Source: an uncultured Gemmatimonadales bacterium
GTDB taxonomy: Bacteria; Gemmatimonadota; Gemmatimonadetes; Gemmatimonadales; GWC2-71-9
Length of the DNA: 64,000 nt
Direction of reading: 5' to 3'
NCBI GenBank assembly: GCA_963730185.1
Contig: CAVSQW010000006.1
Location: 96,001-160,000, forward strand
Under the pieces are notes generated by a model, which saw only the letters and a program-made list of their open reading frames with translations, had not been told where the DNA came from and did not search any database. Of the stretch, positions 50,922-61,005 are shown one piece after another (position 1 is the first letter of the stretch; the number at the start of each line of letters is the position of its first letter). The position numbers and the translations under genes were made by a program.

Positions 50922-52394
50922 GGCTTGCTCCGGACGAAGGTCTCGAAAAAGCCGAGTCCCGAGTCGGCCACCAGGGCGCCGGCCAGGCGGCCCTGGAGGG
51001 TGAACGCGCCCCGCATCTGGAGGAAGTAGCGTCGCTCGCCCCCGAAGCCGACCGGGGTGGCCTGCGACCCGGCGCACGTCCACCACGAGCGCCAGGGTAT
51101 CGCGGTCGCGTCCGGCCACGAGTCGGAGCCGTTCGGGCGCCCGGATCCCGACCGCCCCCGGCACCGGGCGGGTCCCCTCGGAGGCGATCCGGTCGAACCG
51201 GAAGATCTGCCGCACCCCGAGCGAGTCGACCGCGGCCAGGAAGTATGGTGTGGCCGGCGCCCCGTCGGCCGGGTCGGCGGGGATCACGCCCCCGTAGACG
51301 ACGCTGGTGGTCCGGCCCCGCGCCTGGCCCCAGTTCCAGATCGTCGCCCGCCAGATGCCCCAGTTGTGGTCGTGGTAGGCGGGGACGTCGTCGACCTGGC
51401 GACAGCGATCGCCCTCGCAGAGGGTGCCCCGCGCCAGCCCCCGGATGACGGGCACCACGTAGCCCGATCGCCGGCCTTCGCCGGCCAGCTCCACCGGCGG
51501 AAAGTAGGCGTTGGCCTCGGGCTCGATCGTGAGGTCGAATCCGACCGTACCGGCCGGTCCATGAGCCCGGCCCACGATCCGGTACCGGCCGTCGCGCTGC
51601 TCGACCCGATTGGTGCCCAAGGCCAGGTCGGCACGGGAGGTATCGACGGTGACGGCGCCGATCGGCACCAGGGCCTCGTATCGGGCCGGGGGCTGACCGC
51701 CCCGGTGCCGGGTCACGAGCAGTTGGCCGCCCGCCCGATCGGTCGTTCGATCGCCGCCGACCAGATAGGTCAGGTACCACCATTCGTCGGGGCCGGGCGC
51801 CACGTTGAAATAGTGCCACTCGGCCCAAGTGCTGTCGGCCATCGAGGGGTGGAAGTGATCCAGCTGGTCGTAAAGCTGCTGGCGGGTGGGGATTCGCCAG
51901 GCCGAGTCGGCCGGCTCGTCGCGCCAGGCCCCCTGGACGACGTCGAGACCGGCGCCGAGCCCGGAGGCGGCGCTGGGGATCTCGCCGCCGGCCCGGAGCG
52001 GGACCAACCGTCCCTCGCGGTGGAGGTAGACCAGCTTGTGCTCGACGGCCGGAGAGACGGCCCGGATGGCGGACCCGAGCCGGGGCCCGCCGATCAGCTG
52101 GCGATCGAGAAATCGGGCCTGGTCGATTCCGTAGAAGAGCCCGCTCATCGAGCCGGTGCGGAGTCCTTCGAGGTCGATGCCCTCGGGAAGCACCGTGACC
52201 TCGCCGCCCCCGACCAAGGCCACGTCGCGGGACTGGATCAGCATCGCCTCGCCGATCGAGAGCAGAACCATCATCACGCCCGCCCCGATGGCATAGCCGA
52301 CCAGGAGGAACAGCGCCCGGCCCCGCCGCACCACCAGGTGCCGGAAGGCCAGGCGCAGGACGGTGCGCCAATCAGCGCGCGTTTCGCTCGTCAC
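50918..52394 (-). CDS. MacB-like permease N-terminal half fused to an AttH/CrtC lipocalin-like domain (frameshift ~51065)
   Basis: LAFRHLVVRRGRALFLLVGYAIG TM1 pattern; WAEWHYFN, YHDHNWG; corrected end YFLQMRG...GLGFFETFVRSKP*. Confidence 0.7.
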
Positions 52395-53083
52395 TGGTCA
52401 GACGGCCGTCCAGGAGGTGGAGGACCCGGCTGGCCCGAGCGGAGACCCGTTCGTCGTGGCTCACCACGACCAGGGTGAGACCGTCGCGGTTCAGGCGATC
52501 GAACAGGTCGAGGATCTGGTCGCCGGTGGCGGCGTCGAGCTCACCGGTGGGCTCGTCGGCGAGCAGCAGACTCGGCCGATTGGCCAGGGCCCGGGCGATT
52601 GCGACCCGCTGCATCTCGCCCCCGGAGAGCTGGGTGGCCCGATGGTCCTCTCGATGGGAGAGCCCCACATAGGCGAGGAGCTCCCGGGTCCTCGCCGCTC
52701 GTTCGGCCCGCGACAGGCCCGCCTCGGCCATGGGGAGCTCGACGTTCTCGCCCGGCGGTGAGCACCGGCAGCAGGTGGAAGCGCTGGAAGACGAAGCCGA
52801 TCTCCCGGAGGCGGAGCCGGGTCAGGACGGCGTCCGGCAAGGTCTCGAGGGCGGTGCCGTTCAGCAGCAGGCGCCCGCCGGACGGCTGGTCCAGGCCCCC
52901 GAGCAGCTGGAGCAGCGTCGACTTGCCGCTTCCCGACGGCCCGGTGACGGCCAGGTACTCGCCGGCGCCGATCGCGAGCGTCACTTCCCGCACGGCGTCG
53001 ACGTGGAGGCCGTTCAGGCGATAGACCTTGCTCAGCCGGTCGCACTCGAGAACCGGGGTCGGGGGTGCGTCGATCACGGGCAT
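52372..53083 (-). CDS. LolD/MacB-type ABC ATP-binding protein (frameshift ~52750)
   Basis: GPSGSGKST, IGFVFQRFHL, then ENVELPM...LSGGEMQRVAIARAL, ADEPTG, VVSHD in the shifted frame. Confidence 0.9.
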
Positions 53084-53096
53084 CGCGGCGAAGGCC

Positions 53097-53828
53097 TCAC
53101 AACATCAGGTGGGCCAGCTCTTTGCCGGCCGGCTTGTCGGTGTGGTTGGTCATCGGCTCGACGCTGAGCGCGGCGCCGAGCACGGGACCCGCGCCGGCCG
53201 GCATCCCGACCGTGACGAACACCGGCCGCGACGGATCGGGCGAGAGCTCGATTCCCCGCACCATGCCGTCCTGACAGATGAACCAGAACTGATACTTCTC
53301 GCCGGCCGGCGCCGGCGGCAGGCCGTGCATCACCACGTTCCAGCGATGGGTCACGCTGTCGGCGAAGATGAGGAGCCCGCCCTCGTGTCCGTCCATCTCG
53401 ATCGAGGCCTGCAGCACCTTGGCGGCCCGCTTCAGAATGTCCAGCGTGTCGCCGAGGGCCGCGAGCTGGCCTCGGGCCTGGACCAGATCCGCGGTGAGCG
53501 AGGCTTCGCGAGTGTGGCTGGTCCGCCAGGTGCCGGCCAAGGCCAGCAGGGCGGCCGCCGCGACCGCCAGCGGGGCCCACACCCGGGCGCGGGACGGCCG
53601 ATGGTTGCCGAGCACCGTGCGGGCCACCTGCCAGCGGAAGCCGGGCCGGGGTTGGACCGGCGTCACCCCCATCGGCAACCAGCCCAGGTCGCGCTCCAGC
53701 GCCTGCACGGCGCGCCGGCACTCGTCGCAGCGGCGGAGGTGGTCGGTAAACTCCCGTTCGTCGGCTGGGTCGAGCGTCCGGGTGGCGTACCCGGCCTGCC
53801 GTTCTACGAACCAGTCGTGAGGATTCAT
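53097..53828 (-). CDS. Anti-sigma factor, RskA-like with zinc-finger (ZAS)
   Basis: HLRRCDEC (HxxxCxxC), single TM, GLPPAPAGEKYQFW, ALSVEP. Confidence 0.85.
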   Translation of the reverse strand: MNPHDWFVERQAGYATRTLDPADEREFTDHLRRCDECRRAVQALERDLGWLPMGVTPVQPRPGFRWQVARTVLGNHRPSRARVWAPLAVAAAALLALAGTWRTSHTREASLTADLVQARGQLAALGDTLDILKRAAKVLQASIEMDGHEGGLLIFADSVTHRWNVVMHGLPPAPAGEKYQFWFICQDGMVRGIELSPDPSRPVFVTVGMPAGAGPVLGAALSVEPMTNHTDKPAGKELAHLML

Positions 53829-54445
53829 AGGGCCCAGTCCTTGAGCGGGGCGAGCGCCGAGCGGAGCTTGTCGAAGGCCAGTCGGAGCCGGGTCTTGACC
53901 GTGCCGAGCGGGATCCCCAGCTCGGTCGCGATCTCCGACTGGGTCAGCCCCCGGAAGTAGGCCAGCTCGACGGCGGCGTGCTGGTCGGGCGGCAACGCGT
54001 CGAGGGCCGCGTGAACCGTGCGGTGGACGTGCCACCCCGGCTGGGCCGCCTCGTCGGGCTCGACCGGGACCACGGCGTGGTCGCCGCCGGCACTCAGGAC
54101 CTCGACCCGGTCGAGCTTGTTCCGATACCGCCGGCGCGAGCGGAGCCGGTCGATGGCCCGGTTCCGGGCGATCCGGAAGAGCCACGGCAGGAGGCGCTGC
54201 TCGTCACCGGCCGGCAGCGTCCCGACCTTGTCCCACGCGATCCGGAAGGTCTCGAGCACCACTTCCTCCGCTTCCAACCCATCGCTCAGCATCGACTGGA
54301 CCAACCCGAGGAGCCAGGGCGAGGCGACGTCGATCAGCTCCACCAGGGCGCTTTCGTCCCGGGCGATCAGCCGGGCGCGCAGCGACGACTCCCGCTCGAC
54401 GGCGAGCAGGCGACGCTCGGGTCCGGCGGCGGCCGGTCCAGTCAC
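53825..54445 (-). CDS. ECF sigma-70 factor (SigK-like)
   Basis: AEEVVLETF, WLFRIARNRAIDRLR, LAYFRGLTQSEIA...IPLGTVKTR. Confidence 0.92.
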   Translation of the reverse strand: MTGPAAAGPERRLLAVERESSLRARLIARDESALVELIDVASPWLLGLVQSMLSDGLEAEEVVLETFRIAWDKVGTLPAGDEQRLLPWLFRIARNRAIDRLRSRRRYRNKLDRVEVLSAGGDHAVVPVEPDEAAQPGWHVHRTVHAALDALPPDQHAAVELAYFRGLTQSEIATELGIPLGTVKTRLRLAFDKLRSALAPLKDWAL

Positions 54446-54506
54446 GGGGCCTCCCGGAAGGGTCCACTGGGAGAACGCCCGAGCGGGTCGGATGGATCTA
54501 CGGTCG

Positions 54507-55697
54507 TCATTCCGCCTCCGCGCGAAGGGTCGCAGCGATCGGGGTGCTCGCGGCCAGCCAGGCCGGGTAGACACCCGCGACGATCCCCGCGCCCGCCACC
54601 GCCAGGGCCGCCCGCGCGAGACCCCAGCTGTCGGGCACGAAGAACGAGATCGCGGCGGGGAGGCCGGGAAACGAGGTCAGGATCGCGTCCAGGTACCGGG
54701 CCGTCACCAGGCCAAGCGCCAGCCCGAGGCCGGTGCCCACCAGGGTCACCAGGGCGCCCTCCGCCATCACCGATTGTACCACCCGGGCGCGGGTCACGCC
54801 GATCGCGCGGAGCACCGCCACCTCGCCCAGCCGCTCGTTGATCGTGATGGTGAGAATGGTGCCGACCAGCAGGACCGCCACGACCAGGCTGATGGTCGCC
54901 AGGATCAGCGACAGCTGCTGGAAGTACACCAGCCGGCTCCGGAACTGCGCGACCAGCGCCGCGACGCTGTTGACTTCCACCCTCGGGAACCGGCGGGCGA
55001 TCCGGGCGGCCACCGGATCGACCGGCGCCCCGTCGCGGACCCGCACCATGACGGCCGACCCGGCGTCGCGATCGGTCAGACGGCCGAACCGCTGCATCAC
55101 CGGCACGATCGCACCGACCGAGCGCTGGTCGCGGGCGTCGTACAGCCACCGAACCACGCCGCGGACCACCAGCGAGCGCTCCACCCCGGCCCGGGCGATG
55201 CCGGGATCGAGCCGCCCGGCGAGCGCCACCGTGTCACCGACCCGCCACCCGGTGCGCTCGGCCACCGTCTCCCCCAGGAGCAGTCCCAGGCTGTCGCCCG
55301 GGGCCAGGTCGGCGCCCCGGTCGAGCTCGTAGAGGCCCTGGCCCCGCGGATCGATGCCGTACCCCACCAGGGTGAGCACCGAGTCGCCGAGCGTCGCGTA
55401 GACCGAGGTGCCCACCACGGCGCCGGCGGCGTCCACGTCGGGGTCGGCCCGAAGCGAGTCGACGATCGCGCTGATCCCGGGAATGGTGGCCTCGGTGTCG
55501 AACGGCAGGGTGCCCTTGGGCGAGAGCCGGATCTGAAAGCCGCGGCTCAGCAACATCCGGCTGAACGAGCGTTCCATCCCACCGCTCAACATCACCATGT
55601 CGAGGAGGAGGGCGGCCGCGACCGCGATCCCGGCCACCACCAGGGCGGTGCGGACCGGATGGCGGAGCAGGTTCCGAAGGGCCCACGCGAATCTCAC
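54507..55697 (-). CDS. MacB/FtsX-family ABC permease
   Basis: ALRNLLRHPVRT TM1, periplasmic domain, ERLGEVAVLRAIG, GVYPAW; GTG 55697 overlaps the upstream stop. Confidence 0.88.
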   Translation of the reverse strand: MRFAWALRNLLRHPVRTALVVAGIAVAAALLLDMVMLSGGMERSFSRMLLSRGFQIRLSPKGTLPFDTEATIPGISAIVDSLRADPDVDAAGAVVGTSVYATLGDSVLTLVGYGIDPRGQGLYELDRGADLAPGDSLGLLLGETVAERTGWRVGDTVALAGRLDPGIARAGVERSLVVRGVVRWLYDARDQRSVGAIVPVMQRFGRLTDRDAGSAVMVRVRDGAPVDPVAARIARRFPRVEVNSVAALVAQFRSRLVYFQQLSLILATISLVVAVLLVGTILTITINERLGEVAVLRAIGVTRARVVQSVMAEGALVTLVGTGLGLALGLVTARYLDAILTSFPGLPAAISFFVPDSWGLARAALAVAGAGIVAGVYPAWLAASTPIAATLRAEAE

Positions 55698-56520
55698 TCG
55701 GCCCGCCTCCAGAGACTCAGGGGATTGGCGTGCACCAGCCGGAGCGAGCGCCAGGGCGCCGACGACCACCCCGAGCCCGAGCGAGAGCAGGGCGCCGGTG
55801 GCGACGACCTGGGGGGTGAGGAACGAGAAGACGAGGGTGGTTTCGAAGCGGCGCTGGTAGACGGCGTTGGTGATGAGCCCCGCCACCCAGGCGAGGCCGG
55901 TGCCGAGACCCGAGCCGACCACCGCCACGAGGCAGGTCTCCAGGCACGAAGGCCCGGAGGATGGTCGCCCGGGAGATCCCGATCATCCGCATGACGGCCG
56001 CGTCGAGCCGCCGCTCCTCGACTTTGAGGAGCATGATGCAGAGCAGGAAGATGGCGCTTGCGACGATCGCGATGAGTCCGATGGCCCGATGGAAGCGGCT
56101 CACCACCAGGAAGGTGCGCGACGACTCGGAAGCGATCTCGGCGGACGGATAGGCGCGGTAGCCGAAGGCGACCCGGTTGAGGGCCCCGACGACGCTGTCG
56201 AGGGAGACCCCGGGTCGCACCCCGACGCCGAACCGGTCGACCCGGTCGGCCGCGCCGAGGAGCGCGGTCAGGTCGGGAAGGTGGAACCGGACGTTGAACT
56301 CGCCGCGGAGCACGGTGGCCGGGTCGGGTCGGGGCTGGTACACGGCGCGGACGGCGAAGAGACGGCCAATCCCCTCGGGCCCCGCCCCCAAGCGAACGGT
56401 GTCGCCGACCTCGAGACCGAGCGACTCGGCCAGACGCTGCTCGACCGCGATGCCCGGCGGGCCCGCGAGGGAAGGCCCGACCGGTGTTTGGGCGGCGAGG
56501 ACGAGAGCAAGGGCGAGCAT
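55694..56520 (-). CDS. FtsX-domain ABC permease lacking N-terminal TM1 (frameshifts ~55944 and ~55745)
   Basis: Signal-like N-terminus, LGLEVGDTV, VEERRLDAAVMRMIG; corrected end RLVHANPLSLWRRAE*. Confidence 0.75.
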
Positions 56521-56601
56521 GAGGCGGGCGGAAAGGTAAGGGGGTGGCGGCCGGCGCGGCTTGCCGGCACGCCGAGCCGGGGCTAGGCTTGGGCACGATT
56601 T

Positions 56602-56779
56602 GAGACGCGGGCCTCCGGAAGTCCGGTGTAAGACCGGCGCGGCCCCGCCACTGTAAGAGGACCGGGCGAGTCACTCGCCCGCGAGCCGTCTCCGTCAGAT
56701 CGCGCCACTGGGAATCCGTCCCCGGATCCCTGGGAAGGCCGATGGAGACTTCCTCGAGCCAGGAGACCGGTCCCGTCTC
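56602..56779 (+). ncRNA. Cobalamin riboswitch
   Basis: GGAAgtccggTGTAAgaccgg...CCCGCCACTGT...GCCACTGGG...GGGAAGGC...AGCCAGGAGACC B12-box; directly upstream of a btuB-like gene. Confidence 0.92.
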
Positions 56780-56852
56780 GCCCGTGCGATTCCCTCGTGG
56801 GAGGGAGCGGGACCGTGTCCGCCGTCGTCCCCCCTGCGGGGAGTCGGCCCAC

Positions 56853-56892
56853 GCCCCGCCAGCCCAGTCCGGCAACGGCGGGGCTTTTCGTT
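56853..56892 (+). terminator. Riboswitch expression-platform terminator
   Basis: GCCCCGCC...GGCGGGGC stem followed by TTTTCGTT. Confidence 0.65.
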
Positions 56893-56924
56893 CGGGGAGC
56901 CTCAAGACCGGAAAGGCTTGAGCC

Positions 56925-58802
56925 ATGCATCCCCTTCGTCTCGCGGCGGCGTCGACCGTCGCCCTGTTGGTCGTGGTCGTTCCCGCCGCCGCCCAGCAAG
57001 CGCCCCGCGATTCCACCCGGCTCGAGGAGGTCGTGGTCTCGGCCTCGCGAACCGTCACGCCCGCGCGGCTCCGGGCCACCGCGGCCGACCATCTCTCGGC
57101 CGACGAGCTCGGGCGCCGCGGCATTACCCGGCTCGAGAACGCCCTTCGTTTGGTGGCGGCGACCGGGTTCACGGCGACCGGCGCGCCGGGTGGCGCCGGC
57201 TCGGTCTTCCTTCGCGGAGTCGCCTCGAATCAGACGCTGGTGCTGATCGACGGGATCCGGGTCAACGACGCCAACGCCCTGGCGGGATCGCTCCTCGGCG
57301 GCTTCGAGTTGGGGCCGGCCGATCGGGTGGAGGTGGTCCGGGGCCCGCAGAGCACGCTCTACGGCGGCGCGGCGATCGGCGGGGTGATCGCGATCGGCGC
57401 CGACCGGACGGCGCCCCGCTCCTTCTGGGAGGGCCGGGCCAGCGGCGGGTCGTTCGACACCTGGCGGGGCCGGCTCGGCGGCAGCCTGGCCACGGGGGGA
57501 ACCTCCCTCTCGGGCGCGGTGTCGTTCGTCGACACCCGGAACCAGCGGCCGAGCAACGGCTACGACCAACGGAGCGAGCAGGCCCGGGTCGAGCAGCAGG
57601 CATCGGGGCGGGTCCGGGTTGGCGCCACCTTCCGGGGCCTCCAGCAGTCGTACACCAGCCCGGGCGACCTCCGCACCACCAATACCACGCCGGTCGGCCA
57701 CACCCGGTTCGAGCATCACCTCGGCACGGCCTACGCCGACGTCACCCTCTCGCCTCGCTGGTCGAGCCGGGTTACGGCCGGCCTCCAGCGCTACGACCTC
57801 CGGGGCACCGGCCGGTTCGACGGCGGCGACGAGTTCGTGTCGCGGCTCACCGAGACCCGCTGGGTGCTCGACTGGCAGCAGCGGATCGCGCCGGCCCGCG
57901 GGGTGGAGCTGGCGGCCGGCCTGAACCGGGAGTGGGCGACCGTCACCGACGGCGACGGCCCCCGGGACGAGCGACTCCTGGCCGAGTACGCCGAGGCCAG
58001 TCTGACGCCGACGCCGACGGTGTCACTGACCGGGGGACTTCGGAACGACGACTACAGCACCTTCGGACGGGCGCTGACGGGCCGGCTGACCGGCGCGGTC
58101 TTCCTGCCCTCGCACTCCCTGCGGGTGCGGGCGACACTGGGGACCGGCTTCATGCCACCCAGTCTCTCGGCCCGATTCGGCAGCGCCTACCAGAAGGCCA
58201 ATCCCGACCTGCGGCCCGAGCGGTCGACCGGCTGGGATCTGGGCGCCGACCTCTTCGTCGCCGACGGTCGCGGGACGATCGGGGTCACCTACTTCCAGAA
58301 CCGGCTTCGCGACCTGATCGCGTTCGAGGGAGCGGACTATCCCGAACTGGGACGGAACGTCAACGTGGCGCGGGCCCGGACCGAGGGGGTGGAGCTCACC
58401 GCCGGGATCCGAACCCGAACCGTGGACCTCCGAGCCGCCTACACCTATCTCGACGCCCGCGACCTGACCGCGACCGATCCGACCGAGCGGCGGCTGATCC
58501 GCCGCCCCCGTCACGCCGCGGGAGCGGACCTGCTCTGGACCGCCCTGGACCGGCTCGACCTCGGCGCGGGGTTCACGGCCGCGCTCGATCGCCGGGATAC
58601 CGACTTCAACGTCTTTCCGGCCATCCGGGTCGATCCCGGCGACTACGTCGACGCTCGGGTGCAGGCCGCCTACCGCCTCGCCGGCGGCGCGGCCGTGCGG
58701 CTGGCCGTCGAGAACCTGTTCGACCAACGATACGAAGAGGTCTACGGCTTCCCGGCCCTCGGCCGGCGGCTCTCGGCGACCCTCGAGCTGGGCGGCCGAT
58801 AG
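56925..58802 (+). CDS. btuB: TonB-dependent receptor, probable vitamin B12 transporter
   Basis: TonB box EEVVVSA, plug LRG...TLVLIDG, VEVVRGPQSTLYG, NPDLRPE, ENLFD; cobalamin riboswitch upstream. Confidence 0.88.
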   Translation: MHPLRLAAASTVALLVVVVPAAAQQAPRDSTRLEEVVVSASRTVTPARLRATAADHLSADELGRRGITRLENALRLVAATGFTATGAPGGAGSVFLRGVASNQTLVLIDGIRVNDANALAGSLLGGFELGPADRVEVVRGPQSTLYGGAAIGGVIAIGADRTAPRSFWEGRASGGSFDTWRGRLGGSLATGGTSLSGAVSFVDTRNQRPSNGYDQRSEQARVEQQASGRVRVGATFRGLQQSYTSPGDLRTTNTTPVGHTRFEHHLGTAYADVTLSPRWSSRVTAGLQRYDLRGTGRFDGGDEFVSRLTETRWVLDWQQRIAPARGVELAAGLNREWATVTDGDGPRDERLLAEYAEASLTPTPTVSLTGGLRNDDYSTFGRALTGRLTGAVFLPSHSLRVRATLGTGFMPPSLSARFGSAYQKANPDLRPERSTGWDLGADLFVADGRGTIGVTYFQNRLRDLIAFEGADYPELGRNVNVARARTEGVELTAGIRTRTVDLRAAYTYLDARDLTATDPTERRLIRRPRHAAGADLLWTALDRLDLGAGFTAALDRRDTDFNVFPAIRVDPGDYVDARVQAAYRLAGGAAVRLAVENLFDQRYEEVYGFPALGRRLSATLELGGR

Positions 58803-58803
58803 C

Positions 58804-59478
58804 ATGGCCCTGGCGCTCTCCTGGAGCAGCGGCAAGGACGCCGCCTGGACCCTCCACCAGCTTCGCCGGCGGGGAGCCGACGTCAGGGTCCTGGTCACGA
58901 CCATCACCCGTGACTTCGAGCGGGTGGCGATCCACGGCGTCCGGCGGTCGCTGCTCCGCCGCCAGGCCATGCTGGCCGGCTTGCCGCTGATCGAGGTCGA
59001 GCTGCCGTTTCCCTGCTCGAACGGGATGTACGAATTCGCGATGGGCCAGACCCTGAGCGACCTGGCGGCCCGGGAGGGGATCACCGCGATGGCCTTCGGC
59101 GACCTCTTCCTGGAGGACGTCCGGGCCTACCGGGAGCGGCTCCTCGCCCCCCACGGACTCCGGGCGGAATTCCCGCTCTGGGGCACCCGGACGGATCTGC
59201 TCGCGCGACAGATGCTCCGAGCCGGGATCGAGGCCCGGATCGCGTCGTTGGACCCGGCCCGGGTCGACCCCGCCTGGGCCGGGCGCCCCTGGGACGAAGC
59301 GTTCCTGGACGGGGTGCCCCCGGCGGTGGACCCCTGCGGGGAGCGAGGCGAGTTCCACACCTTCGTCACCGCCGGCCCGATGTTCTCGGGGCCGTTGGAG
59401 GCGGCGACCGGCGAGGTGGTGGAGCGTGACGGCGTGGTCTTCGCCGACTTCACGGTTCCGAGCCTGGTCGACCGATGA
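58804..59478 (+). CDS. PP-loop ATPase, DUF71/Dph6-like
   Basis: SWSSGKDA, FGDLFLED, FPLW, DPCGERGEFHTFV. Confidence 0.88.
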   Translation: MALALSWSSGKDAAWTLHQLRRRGADVRVLVTTITRDFERVAIHGVRRSLLRRQAMLAGLPLIEVELPFPCSNGMYEFAMGQTLSDLAAREGITAMAFGDLFLEDVRAYRERLLAPHGLRAEFPLWGTRTDLLARQMLRAGIEARIASLDPARVDPAWAGRPWDEAFLDGVPPAVDPCGERGEFHTFVTAGPMFSGPLEAATGEVVERDGVVFADFTVPSLVDR

Positions 59479-59657
59479 CCGCCCCCCTACCCTCTCCCTG
59501 CCGGAACATCTGCCGGCTGGGCGGAGACGGGCGGTGCGACGGGTGCGGCCGGACGCTCGACGAGATCGCCCGCTGGATCCGGATGACGGCCGAGGAGCGG
59601 GGAGCGGTGCTGGCGAGGGTGGCCGATTGGGCGCCACGGCCACTGGACCTCGCCTAG
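59475..59657 (+). CDS. DUF1289 family small Cys-rich protein
   Basis: SPCRNICRL...CDGCGRTLDEIARW; ATGA coupling. Confidence 0.88.
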   Translation: MTAPLPSPCRNICRLGGDGRCDGCGRTLDEIARWIRMTAEERGAVLARVADWAPRPLDLA

Positions 59658-59790
59658 GGCTTAACATCGGCCACCCGCCCGAGTCGTGTGTGCGTCCTGG
59701 CTTGGCCCGCCGTCCACATGATCGGGACCGGGCGGCTTCCGGAACGCCGGGTGGCCGCCGCCCCCGCACCGACTTTCACGAGGGTTCGAC

Positions 59791-60552
59791 ATGCGCACAC
59801 GATGGCGTCTTGGCGCTCTGAGCCTGGGCCTGGCTCTGGCCGCCTGTTCTTCGAACGGCACCGGCCCCACCACGACCGACTCCGCGCTCAATCAGGACGT
59901 TGCCACCGTCACCGCCGACGTCGCCGCGCAGGACGTCGAGCTGATGCGGGGTCCCGGCGGCCTGATGGGTCTCCGGCTCCCGGCCGATCCGACCCGGTGG
60001 GAATGCACCTCACATCAGTGGGGCCCCGTCACGATCAACCGAACCTGCACATTCGTCGACGCCAACGGCGTCGAGCAGCAGGCCTACGATCGCCAGACGA
60101 CCGACACCGTCCGGCTGCACGCCGACGTCAGCGGGGCGATCGACCGAGGGCATTGGAGCGGCAGCGTCGAGCGGACCCGCGACCTGACGGCGAGCGGGCT
60201 GGCGGGAGACGAAACCAGCGTCACCTGGAACGGGACGGGCAGCGGTCAGGTAACCCGGGTCCGTGAGCTCCAGGACAGCACCGTGAAGCAGTTCGACCTG
60301 AGCCAGTCGTTCACGGTGACCGACCTGGTGATCCCGGTCCCCCGGACCGACACCAGCTGGCCCCTGTCGGGAACGATCACCATGTCGGCGACGGTGACGA
60401 TCACGGGCGGGCCTCGGGACGGCACGGTCAAGCAGTGCGACGTGACCATCACCTTCGACGGCACCAACCTGGCCACGGTCACGGTGAACGGCGAGACCTT
60501 CCAGTTCGACCTGAGCAACCGGCACCGCGCCGAGCGGCGTCAGCGGCCGTAA
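59791..60552 (+). CDS. Hypothetical beta-rich lipoprotein
   Basis: Lipobox LAAC; Thr-rich strands, WPLSGTIT motif. Confidence 0.7.
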   Translation: MRTRWRLGALSLGLALAACSSNGTGPTTTDSALNQDVATVTADVAAQDVELMRGPGGLMGLRLPADPTRWECTSHQWGPVTINRTCTFVDANGVEQQAYDRQTTDTVRLHADVSGAIDRGHWSGSVERTRDLTASGLAGDETSVTWNGTGSGQVTRVRELQDSTVKQFDLSQSFTVTDLVIPVPRTDTSWPLSGTITMSATVTITGGPRDGTVKQCDVTITFDGTNLATVTVNGETFQFDLSNRHRAERRQRP

Positions 60553-60609
60553 CCCGCCCGAGCCAGGCCCTGTCACGGCGTCACTGGGGCGCCGGAGCGC
60601 TCCGAGGAG

Positions 60610-60642
60610 CCGCGGCCCCGCTCGTGACGAGCGGGGCCGCGG
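60610..60642. terminator. Perfect 15-bp hairpin between convergent genes
   Basis: ccgcggccccgctcg-tga-cgagcggggccgcgg; no U-tract. Confidence 0.55.
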
Positions 60643-60647
60643 TCGCG

Positions 60648-60953
60648 TCAGGGATCCGGCCAGCGCCAGCCGCGGAGCTCGTAGTACCGGCGGCGGGGGG
60701 TCGCGCGGGCCGGGTGGATCCGGTGCCGCCGGCACCACCCGACGTGGACCGCCAGCCCCGCCGCCGCGGCCGAGGCGAGGAAGAGAAGGGTCCAGTGCCC
60801 GACCAGCGCGAACCCGCCCAGCGTCACCCCGGCGAGCAGGCTCCACTTGAGCACCTTTCGCCACCAGGGGGTCTCCACTTCGAAGACCGCGAAGACCGAT
60901 TGGCCGACGACCGAGAGGGCCAGCAGCACGACCAGCTCGAGCGCTACCCCCAT
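60648..60953 (-). CDS. Small membrane protein
   Basis: GGAGG RBS; FEVETPWWRK...HVGWCRRHRIHP...YYELRGW. Confidence 0.7.
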   Translation of the reverse strand: MGVALELVVLLALSVVGQSVFAVFEVETPWWRKVLKWSLLAGVTLGGFALVGHWTLLFLASAAAAGLAVHVGWCRRHRIHPARATPRRRYYELRGWRWPDP

Positions 60954-61005
60954 CGCGTTGCCTCCGGTGGGATCGGAACCCAAGGCACCCTCGGCCGCCG
61001 ACCCA

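Noticed and set aside
54507..55928. 473-aa ORF suggesting the two permeases are fused
   Set aside because: A typical permease ending (NPLSLWRRAE*) with a GTGA overlap exists in another frame, so a second indel near 55745 is more likely. Not fully excluded.
18022..56520. Programmed frameshifting or phase variation as the cause of the seven frame breaks
   Set aside because: No slippery heptamers or long homopolymers at the sites, and the affected genes are unrelated; sequencing error is more parsimonious.
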